Origin: Glycera tridactyla
Lineage: Eukaryota
Assembly: GCA_965644265.1 (NCBI GenBank)
Contig: OZ286469.1
Location: 102,486,001 to 102,550,000 of the forward strand
Length of the DNA stretch: 64,000 nt
Direction: 5' to 3'
The translations under genes and the position numbers were made by a program. The stretch's first letter is position 1. Each line of letters starts with the position of its first letter. The notes under the pieces were generated by a model that worked only from the letters and a program-made list of their open reading frames with translations, was not told where the DNA came from and searched no databases. Of the stretch, positions 43,575 through 52,625 are shown in pieces.

Positions 43575-46469
43575 ATGGCCACGAATATATTACCCACCTC
43601 ATCGAAAGATGCTGCACCAGCGGAGGACGCTGATGAAAAGATGGAGACCGCACCAGATGAAGATGGTGAAATTTCGGATGAAAAAACGCCAGCTGAAGAT
43701 GCGGCCTCAGGAAAAGATGAAAGCACCGAAAATGGTGTAAGTAATCCACATTTATTGTCTTCAAATGCATTTCCTGACTCGATGTTGGGAAATTCGGTTA
43801 TTTTACCAAATCACGAAGACGAAAATGAAAACAAAACATTGGAAATCGCCCATGACGCGCCATTGTTTGCCACCGTTGGGAATTCGCGTCGTGAAACGCG
43901 TCGTGAAAGGCATCGTGGGATGGAGATGCTTCGAGTCACTTGTGTGAATGAAATCTCTAACGCGAAAATGGATTCGAGATCCATTGCCATAATTAACCCC
44001 AACCCACCTTCAAATATGTCACCTGTAGACTTCGTTTTGGAGATTGAATCTTCAAATGATAACCCAAAAACAAAGGAGTTGAATAAAGTCCAACCTTTGG
44101 TATATGAGGTACCCACATCGTGTGATGTAGGGATGAAAAAGTTTGATTACCTCCAGAAAATAAAAGGGATGGATAGAAATGCATCCAGACCCAAAGATAA
44201 ATCAACTACAGGTGCCATAAGTGAAAAAGGCCCACAACTGAAAAAGACACCCACACTGTCAGTCACGATAGACCCCACAACGTCAGTGGGACGTCGTGTG
44301 ACTTTCAGTGAAAATGATATTCAGAAACTACCTGAAAATGACACAGGCATTTCAGCGTTAGTTTACGATGTACACTGTTCATTCGATATAAAGAAAAGAC
44401 ACGTCTATGAACAGAAAGAGAGCGCAGCGGTCAGTGTAAACGCAGAAATACCAGGAGCGTGTACTGCGAACGACATTCTGACCCACGTTGGGTCAAATGA
44501 CACGAGAGTTTATTCAAATGCGCCTTTTGACTCACCTGATCTGTGGCCAGACCCTACCCCAAGTTGCATTGGACTCTGGAATGATCTCCCAACAATAGGA
44601 GCCCCTCGTAGAATCCTATCGGGTAAAAGAAACATCCCAAATGACCAAATTCCTAGAGGAGAGGAGCCACAGACAAGCGATGAAAAACAGCGTCACGAAA
44701 ATGACACACTGACCCAGAAAAGAGCCGCGAACGCGAAAATAACGCCACCGCCGGCGGGCGGATCACCGCAGGAACTAAATCCGCCAGGTAGATCCACCAG
44801 AGGTCCTCCTAAAAAGTACAAACAAGAGAAGGGCCAGAGAAAGATTACATCTATCTTTGGAGCCAACATGAGACACCCAAAGGTTAACGTCGAACAGACG
44901 GATAGCCAGACCACATTGGTCAGTAGCGAAGGTGATCTACTTTCACAGAGGACCACCTCCAACATTTCCTATGCATCTAGAGTGAAAGGGCTGAAATACA
45001 GCCCTGAAAATTATAACTCAGATAGCACCGTTACAGATCTCATTGTGAATAGTGCCAGTCAGGGGATGTCGAATTTCCTAGACAGCTTAGATGACTTTGA
45101 TACAGGGAAGAAAGTAACCCCCAGCAGTTCTGTAGGTGGTGATAGACGCCCCTTGTGCTATACTGAGACAGATAGTGAACAGATAAGATCAGCGCCAGAC
45201 CTACGTGAGACAGAGTTAAGCTCGCAGCGCTCATGTATTTTGGAAATTCTGAAATCCTTAGAGGATGACCCAGAAATGGGGTCTCAGGACCCACCTTTAT
45301 CACGGAGTGATAAACAGAGAAAAAGGAAGAGACAACGCAGATTCGACACCCAGGGTACCATTTCAAGTGAAGAGAGTGTCCAGGGTGTTAGATTTGAGAA
45401 ATCCACCAATCAGACAGTAGATTCAGAAGAGAAAGAGGATGATGAGAGGGATAATGCACCCCTTATTGTTAACCCAAATAACAAGTCTTCTGTTTGGTTG
45501 CAGGTTGTGGATGACGGATGGGACTATGAGACGGTACTTGAAGAAGATATTACCGTCCCACATGTTGCTGCCGATACTTTCAGACGTGCCAGAGGGGCCA
45601 TGGCAGCTGAGGCGAAAGCTATGACAAGAGCAGCTCACCTGAGAGCCATGGCAGCTGCCGACCGTATCCCAGCATGGGCACTGGGCCTGGAAGAGGCCCC
45701 GGCATATGTACCAGCCACGAAAGAAGTACAACAGGAGTTTAATGAGCTTGTGAGGGGCCAAGCACAAGAGAGAATGCTCTTCGTGGCAACAGCGTTGGAA
45801 AAGAAGGCAGCATTCTTTGAGAAAATCGGCTCAGCCAATACAGAGGCTGTGAAACTACTATATGAGACAGAACGATCGGCGGACTTTGAGACATGCAACC
45901 GTCTGCTAAAGGCTCTGTCAATTCGAGAAAAAGTCAACGCCCGAAAGATTCTCTCAAAGATGGAAGTAAAAGTGTGTGAAAACCCGACAACGTGCCAAAC
46001 AATTGTAGACACGTTATTGGCACCCCAAAATCTGGTTGAGAAACGTGAGCCAAAGGCCATAAATTTCAAACCAAGAGAAGACTCACGCGAGTCAAAGGAA
46101 AAAACGGAAAATGCGGAAAATACGGAAATGGAGATGAGTGAGACGGCCCCCAGGGGATACAAACCCACTTGGAATTTCCAACGAAGAAATCGTTCTCCAA
46201 ATAGGAGGCAGTTCAACCGATCCCGCAGTCGTTCACCTGTATCCCCACGAGGCAGAGGCAGGGTAAATCAGGATTTTCGGGGAGGGTGGCCCAAGAAGGG
46301 AAGGTTCATCCCAGACCGACCCAGACAAGTGAACCACCCTACGAGCTTCAGGAAGAGGCAGGATCAGACCGACCCCAAGGCCGGACTCAGACAGGCGGTG
46401 GAGAGCATTATGCTCGACATCGCAAAGAATCCAAAGAGCCGGCCCCAAAACCGACAGAGCCGGTATTAA
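43575..46469 (+). CDS. PLE family B upstream ORF1, 964 aa (right arm)
   Basis: Intact; 7 aa differences from the left-arm copy. Confidence 0.8.
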   Translation: MATNILPTSSKDAAPAEDADEKMETAPDEDGEISDEKTPAEDAASGKDESTENGVSNPHLLSSNAFPDSMLGNSVILPNHEDENENKTLEIAHDAPLFATVGNSRRETRRERHRGMEMLRVTCVNEISNAKMDSRSIAIINPNPPSNMSPVDFVLEIESSNDNPKTKELNKVQPLVYEVPTSCDVGMKKFDYLQKIKGMDRNASRPKDKSTTGAISEKGPQLKKTPTLSVTIDPTTSVGRRVTFSENDIQKLPENDTGISALVYDVHCSFDIKKRHVYEQKESAAVSVNAEIPGACTANDILTHVGSNDTRVYSNAPFDSPDLWPDPTPSCIGLWNDLPTIGAPRRILSGKRNIPNDQIPRGEEPQTSDEKQRHENDTLTQKRAANAKITPPPAGGSPQELNPPGRSTRGPPKKYKQEKGQRKITSIFGANMRHPKVNVEQTDSQTTLVSSEGDLLSQRTTSNISYASRVKGLKYSPENYNSDSTVTDLIVNSASQGMSNFLDSLDDFDTGKKVTPSSSVGGDRRPLCYTETDSEQIRSAPDLRETELSSQRSCILEILKSLEDDPEMGSQDPPLSRSDKQRKRKRQRRFDTQGTISSEESVQGVRFEKSTNQTVDSEEKEDDERDNAPLIVNPNNKSSVWLQVVDDGWDYETVLEEDITVPHVAADTFRRARGAMAAEAKAMTRAAHLRAMAAADRIPAWALGLEEAPAYVPATKEVQQEFNELVRGQAQERMLFVATALEKKAAFFEKIGSANTEAVKLLYETERSADFETCNRLLKALSIREKVNARKILSKMEVKVCENPTTCQTIVDTLLAPQNLVEKREPKAINFKPREDSRESKEKTENAENTEMEMSETAPRGYKPTWNFQRRNRSPNRRQFNRSRSRSPVSPRGRGRVNQDFRGGWPKKGRFIPDRPRQVNHPTSFRKRQDQTDPKAGLRQAVESIMLDIAKNPKSRPQNRQSRY

Positions 46470-49171
46470 ATACGGGCCCCAAAATGAACTGTTCAATGAA
46501 CAATTCCAATGAACACACACGTACAAAATGGACTTTCTTGCATAAGATGAAAAATGCTGGTGAGGTGCTCCGGCAGCATACAAATAAAGTTATTTCAGAG
46601 TATACTGACTTAATTGTTTCTGCTTTACATATTGATGATGTTGGCATTTTGAATTTATCTGGTTACAGCTTATCAGAAGCTCAACGTTCAGTCTTGAACA
46701 AAGGGCTCACTTTTTGCCCGACCCCGGGCGAACCAGATATGGGTGAACTCAATGATGACTTAGAAAGTTTTCATCGAAAATTGAGGAATTATGTGTATTT
46801 CAATAGGGATTCCGAATCCACCTCTCTGGTGGATAAGAAACATGGAAAATCCATGCCTTGTATTTTGGACTCATCCGTTGCTTCAACAGATGAGTCCACA
46901 TGTTCTGTTGCGTCGTCCGCCACACCACATGACACCACACACACCACACTTTACATAGGGGATGAATATAGTCCCTTTGAACATCGTGGTTTCACCCTGA
47001 AATCTACCTGGGAACCAAAGCAAAACCCAAGGAGTCTGAACTCATTTACAGACATGAACGAGGTTGCTCTGTCAAAGGTTGTATTCAAAAAGAACAAACC
47101 GGAAAATATCAGCCGTGATGAAAGAGAGGGCCTTAAAAATCTCTTTTCTAACACCGATGTAGTGGTTAAAAAGGCTGATAAAGGTTCCAAGATCGTGATC
47201 ATGAATCGAGATGATTACATCAAAGAAGGGATGTCGCAGTTAGAGAACAAGGACTTCTACAGGAAAATGGATGAAGATCTGACTGAAGAACATAACAAGG
47301 AGGTTTGTGACGTCCTTGGGAAAATGAAGATAAGGGGTGAAATTTCATACAAATGTTATCAGTACATGTTAAATCATGCACCCCGGACCCCTTCTTTTTA
47401 CATGCTGCCAAAAATCCACAAAGGAAAATTACCTCCCCCTGGTAGGCCGATTATATCGGCCAATGAATGCCCCACGGAGAGAATATCCAAATTCGTGGAT
47501 CATTTCATAAAACCTCTCCTACCTAAGGTAAAGAGTTACCTTCGTGACACCACGGATTTCATTAATACAATAGAAAAAATAGGACAGCTACCGAAGGGAG
47601 CGATCCTATTTACTTGTGATGTCACGAGCCTTTATACAAATATCCCACAAAAAGAGGGGGTAGAATGTATTAGGCACCTTCTAGAAGAACACAGGGATAC
47701 CAAAAAGGTTCCCAAAAATGAGTCCTTATTACACCTCCTAGATTTAGTATTGACCAGAAACAATTTTAGTTTCAATGGTGAACATTACCTACAGATAGGA
47801 GGTACTGCCATGGGCACACGTGTGGCTCCGAGTTTAGCGAATTTCTTCATGGGAGAATTCGAGGAAAAACATGTATATGGGTATAAAGAACAACCCATAA
47901 TCTGGAAACGTTTTCTAGATGACATCTTCGGAATTTGGACGAAGTCCGAAGAGAAATTAGATGATTTCATTGCATACATGAATGGGTGCCATGAAAAAAT
48001 CAAATTTACTGCCGAAAAATCAACTTCAGAAATTGTATTTCTGGATGCAAAAGTGCATTTATCAGAGACAGGAGAATTGTGGACAGAGGTTTATTCCAAA
48101 CCTACAGATAGCCATAGTTATCTCCAGTTTGGCTCTGCCCATCCGTTCCATATGAAAAAAAGCCTGCCATTTAGTCAATTTCTCAGGGTGAGGAGGATTT
48201 GCTCGAGAGAAGAGGACTACAGGAAACACAGCATGACGATTTTTGGACATTTCCTAAGAAGGGGATATCCACTAGAATTGGTGCTGGAATGCTGGGAGAA
48301 AGCAACGGAAAGATCGAGGAAAGAAACGTTGGAGGTAAGAAAGAAAGAAAAAATATTGGGAGAGACAGAAGACCTGTTTCTAACTTCCACTTTTAACCCC
48401 AAAAATAGACAGATCAGAGAGATCGTCGAAGAAAACTGGGAAATACTCTCTAGATCTTCATGCACAAAGGAACTTTCAGAATTGAAGGTCATTTTTGGGT
48501 ATAGAAGATCGCCGAACTTGAAAGACATGTTGGTGAGAGCGAAGCTCCCCAAGGTCAAGGGCATACCCAAGGTCACGACAAAGGTCACAACCGAGGTCAC
48601 GACCAAGGTCACCAAGGTCACGCCCAAGGGGACCAAGTCCCCTCCCGCTACCCTTGGTGAGGGAACCAGTACACATGGCCGTAATGCCTGTACAACTAAA
48701 AAATGCAACCATTGCCCCTTATTGAATAAATCAGGGACAATAGTAAGCAAATTCACGGGCCAGAAATACTCATGTAAAATGAATATTTCATGCAAAAGTT
48801 CAAATTTAATCTACTGCATTCAATGTCGAACATGCGGCAAACAGTATGTGGGCCAAACAAGGACCACTATTATGAAAAGAATGCAAGGTCACGTAGACAG
48901 GATTAAAAGGAAGGTGTTGGAAGATGACATTGGTAAACACTTTAACAGTGAAGGCCATCGAGGGAGAGAAGGCGTAGAGCTTTTTGTCCTCGATTTCATC
49001 TATACAGATCCATTGGCGAGATATGCTGAAAATCTGAGACTTTTAATTGAGAAAAACTGGATACACCGTTTGAGAACTCAACGCCCCACTGGTCTAAATA
49101 CGATGCTGAAAAGCAAGGACTATGGGGGAAGTAGAAATTGGAGATTCTATAAAAAGGGACGTCCCTTGTAG
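46286..49171 (+). CDS. PLE family B RT + GIY-YIG ORF (right arm)
   Basis: Same motifs as the left arm. The frame is open from 46205, first ATG at 46484, in the -1 frame relative to ORF1. Confidence 0.93.
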   Translation: MAQEGKVHPRPTQTSEPPYELQEEAGSDRPQGRTQTGGGEHYARHRKESKEPAPKPTEPVLNTGPKMNCSMNNSNEHTRTKWTFLHKMKNAGEVLRQHTNKVISEYTDLIVSALHIDDVGILNLSGYSLSEAQRSVLNKGLTFCPTPGEPDMGELNDDLESFHRKLRNYVYFNRDSESTSLVDKKHGKSMPCILDSSVASTDESTCSVASSATPHDTTHTTLYIGDEYSPFEHRGFTLKSTWEPKQNPRSLNSFTDMNEVALSKVVFKKNKPENISRDEREGLKNLFSNTDVVVKKADKGSKIVIMNRDDYIKEGMSQLENKDFYRKMDEDLTEEHNKEVCDVLGKMKIRGEISYKCYQYMLNHAPRTPSFYMLPKIHKGKLPPPGRPIISANECPTERISKFVDHFIKPLLPKVKSYLRDTTDFINTIEKIGQLPKGAILFTCDVTSLYTNIPQKEGVECIRHLLEEHRDTKKVPKNESLLHLLDLVLTRNNFSFNGEHYLQIGGTAMGTRVAPSLANFFMGEFEEKHVYGYKEQPIIWKRFLDDIFGIWTKSEEKLDDFIAYMNGCHEKIKFTAEKSTSEIVFLDAKVHLSETGELWTEVYSKPTDSHSYLQFGSAHPFHMKKSLPFSQFLRVRRICSREEDYRKHSMTIFGHFLRRGYPLELVLECWEKATERSRKETLEVRKKEKILGETEDLFLTSTFNPKNRQIREIVEENWEILSRSSCTKELSELKVIFGYRRSPNLKDMLVRAKLPKVKGIPKVTTKVTTEVTTKVTKVTPKGTKSPPATLGEGTSTHGRNACTTKKCNHCPLLNKSGTIVSKFTGQKYSCKMNISCKSSNLIYCIQCRTCGKQYVGQTRTTIMKRMQGHVDRIKRKVLEDDIGKHFNSEGHRGREGVELFVLDFIYTDPLARYAENLRLLIEKNWIHRLRTQRPTGLNTMLKSKDYGGSRNWRFYKKGRPL

Positions 49172-49614
49172 AATATGGGTACACACACACACCCCAATCA
49201 TGTGGGGGGTGATTTAGAACCCCAAACCCTGGAAGGTTGCCTCGTCACTCCATATTTAATTATCATTTCCGGATAGGGAATGGGGATCTACGTGGTAGTA
49301 ATCTACCATGATAAAGGCCATCTGACCATGCACCGGGACCAGAGTCAATAATGACAGACGCTTATAGTATTAACATTTTAACATTAAGTCTTGATGTTAA
49401 AATCTAACGAGTGGGAGGGGAATACTATCCCCTTTAAATGACTGGAGAATGACGTAGTTTATTCTGAACCCACTGAGGCCCATATATTTGGACCGCCTCC
49501 CATAGTCCGGGGTGTGACCACCCCCGGACAAAAACCAGGGACCCTGGGCCGAGCCTGGGGAACCTACCGGTTAATACAAACCATCACAGGGAGGTTTCTA
49601 GACCCAGAACTGGG

Positions 49615-49999
49615 GACCGAAGGCTTGGGATCTACCGTGCCTGATGAGAAGCTTTGTCTTCGAAACCGAAGGAGATGGCAAGCCAAATCTGAATGTTTGG
49701 CACTTTTTGGCCCCAAACGAGTGATAAGATGTAAATATCACACGTTTTTTTGGGCCGCCATGGGGGGCCACCGACTTTGAGGCAAGAATTTTGTTGAAGA
49801 CATTTCTTGTTCAAAGTCTTTGAGTGAGTCTGATCTGATTTGCCTTATAAGGAAGTGGAGGCTGGAAAGTGAGGCACAACGCCGAGCTGTGATGCCTGTT
49901 GCCTAGCAAATCACCCCTAACAACTAATAAGCGTCTCTGGTCAATATAAAGGTGCGTTTTGAAACTGAAGTTTCAAATCTTCCTTCGGTCGCACGTAGA
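49615..49999 (+). ncRNA. Split hammerhead ribozyme, family B 3' pLTR; predicted cleavage between 49990 and 49991
   Basis: Core at 49631-49673, substrate at 49981-49999, decoy GACCGAAGG at 49615-49623. Confidence 0.85.
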
Positions 50000-50024
50000 G
50001 AAGAGTGTCCTGCTGCCTCGTCAC

Positions 50025-50027
<3 letters not shown>

Positions 50028-50080
<53 letters not shown>
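50028..50080. repeat. (TA)n at the PLE B 3' junction
   Basis: Seen directly in the sequence. Confidence 0.95.
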
Positions 50081-50081
<1 letters not shown>

Positions 50082-50724
50082 TTATCTCGTGTTCACATTA
50101 CGGGGACATTTTTATTGTGGAGACATTTTCAGGTCCCCACAATATTTCAGACACATTTTTCTTCTATTTCTCCATGGAGCACCAGGATGAATCACACCAT
50201 GTTTGAAAGTCCATTATCAGATTGATTGGTCTACACATGAAAAATTCTCAAAACTTCAGATGGCAGCTCGAAATGGCCCCGAGAACTTGCATGGTATATA
50301 TTCTGGTATATATTTCACTGTCTAAATAACACCATTGAGGGGACATTCATATTATTGCATATAATTTCGTTGTTTCAAATATATATCTCTTTGATATTCA
50401 GGTGACAGGTTTGCACAGTGATTGTTCATTTCCTGGAATGGTTATTCACTGATTTTCTATGAAGGGACAAGAGTTATATCAAACAATCTGGTTTCACAGC
50501 CCTCTCAGCAAGTGTGTGCTGATAGGGACAGCTGGTACATCACCATGGATAGTTGCCCTAATTGGCGGGTGGCAGGTGTCAACAAGGGTCATTTCCCTGG
50601 TATCAGGATTATGTTCACTGACAGGTCAACCCCCCCCCATCTCACATCAAACTTTGTTGTGTGTGCTGATATTCACACAGCAGTCTGGACCAGGTTTCTC
50701 TCTGCCTCTTTCTCTCTCACCTCC

Positions 50725-50935
50725 NNNNNNNNNNNNNNNNNNNNNNNNNNNNNNNNNNNNNNNNNNNNNNNNNNNNNNNNNNNNNNNNNNNNNNNNNNNN
50801 NNNNNNNNNNNNNNNNNNNNNNNNNNNNNNNNNNNNNNNNNNNNNNNNNNNNNNNNNNNNNNNNNNNNNNNNNNNNNNNNNNNNNNNNNNNNNNNNNNNN
50901 NNNNNNNNNNNNNNNNNNNNNNNNNNNNNNNNNNN
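50725..50935. other. Assembly gap (N run)
   Basis: Ns. Confidence 1.
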
Positions 50936-51039
50936 CTAAGGACTACCTCTCTATAAAGACCGCCTCTCTATATAGACCACCTGAGCTGCATCCGTGATAG
51001 TATTTTCAACAATAAATGACCTCTCTAAAAGACCACCTG

Positions 51040-52581
51040 CCCATAAAGACAGCTTTTCGATGCTCAGCCCAGCTAAGAATGATCTGTTTATCTTCTCCAT
51101 GACACTCTGAGAACATTTCATGATCAGTTTGGAATATAGAAAGGATTTCAAATGCTGCAGAGGGCAAAATCATTGTGGAAATCAGCACTTTTTGTCATAC
51201 TACCACACCCAAAGGCTTCTATGTATCGCAGTTACCCCTTGTATATTCTCAGAATCAGTCAAGCCTGACTCAGAATGACCTGTTTATTTTCTCCATGACA
51301 TGCTGCCAACATTTCAGGATCAGTTTCAAAAATCAAAATGATTTCATGTGCTGCAGGGGGAAAAAATCATTGTGACAATATGCGCATTTCCTCAATCTAG
51401 CTTATTGGATGCCTTCTGTGTATTTCAGCTGCATGAAGATATTTCTCAGATTCAGCTCAGCTTGACTCAGATTTATCTGTTCATCTTCTTCATGATACTG
51501 TGAGAACATTTCATGATCAGTTTGGAATATAGAGATGATTTTCTGTGCTGCAGGGGCCGAAAAATTTGTGAAAATTAGCCCATTTTCCCATACTAGTTCA
51601 CAGGAAGCCCACTGTGTATCATGGGGGCCTGAACATATTTTTCAGAATAGGCTCAGCTGGAATCAGAATGATCTGTCAATCTTCTCTATGATACTCTGAG
51701 AACATTTCATGATCAGTCTGCGATATGAAAATGATTTCGTGTGCTGCAGCAGGCATAATCAGTGTGAAAATCCCTCATTTCATGAAACAAGCCTTATGTG
51801 TATTTCAGCTGCTCGATCATATCTCACAGATTCAGCTCAGCTTGACTCATAATGATCCATTTATCTTCTTCATGATGCTGTGAGAACATTTCACGATAGA
51901 TTCGGAATACAGAAATGATTTTATGTGCTCCAGGGAACAAAAACTTTGTAAAAATCGGCCCATTTCCCCATACTAGCTCACTGGAAGCCCCCTGTGAATC
52001 AAGGCGGCCCAAAAATATTTCTCAGATTCAGCTCAGCTTGACTGGGAATGATTTGTTCATCTTCTTCATGATACTGTGAGAACATTTCATTATCAGTTTG
52101 GGATATATAAATGATTTTCTGAGATGAAGGGGGCGAAAAGTTTGTGGAAATCGGCCCATTTTTCCATACTAGCTCACTGGAAGCCCCCTGTGTATCACTG
52201 GGGCCGAACATATTTTTCAGAATCAGCTCAGTTGGACTCAGAATGATCTGTCAATCTTCTCTATGATACTCTGAGAATATTTCATGATCAATCCGCAATA
52301 TCAAAATAATTTCATGTGCTGCTGGGGGAAAAATCATTGTGACAGTATGCGCATTTCCTCAAGCTAGCCTACTGGATGCCTTCAGTGTATATCAGCTGCC
52401 TCAACATATTTTTCAGAATCAGCTCAGTTTGACTGAGAATGTTCTGTTTATCTTTCCTATGATACTCTGAGAACATTTCATGATCAGTTTGGAATATAGA
52501 AATGATCTCATGTGCTGCAGCGGGCATAATCAATGTGAAAATCCCCTCATTCTATTATACAAGCTAACTGAGAGCCTTATG
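51040..52581. repeat. ~190-200-bp satellite with several monomer variants (left part)
   Basis: Recurrent tcagctcagcttgactca...catgatactgtgagaacatttcatgatcag. Confidence 0.9.
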
Positions 52582-52625
52582 AGAGGTAGAATGGCGAGGT
52601 GAAGACGTGCGTCAAAACACGGGGA

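Larger units (their letters stand above)
42903..50030 (+). mobile_element. PLE family B, full-length partial-tandem copy with 5' and 3' pLTRs
   Basis: Direct repeat 42903-43541 matches 49393-50031 (offset 6490), flanking ORF1 and the RT-EN ORF. Confidence 0.95.

Noticed and set aside
37186-48795. Many 60-190-aa ORFs duplicated in both family B arms
   Set aside because: Antisense or alternative-frame shadows of ORF1 and RT; duplication only reflects the inverted repeat.
36726-49255. Inverted repeats as pure assembly fold-back artefacts
   Set aside because: Arms differ by scattered substitutions and have different, motif-associated ends; still needs read confirmation.
50936-51050. acctctctataaagacc repeats suggestive of a MITE terminus
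   Set aside because: Truncated by the gap and no partner inverted repeat is visible.
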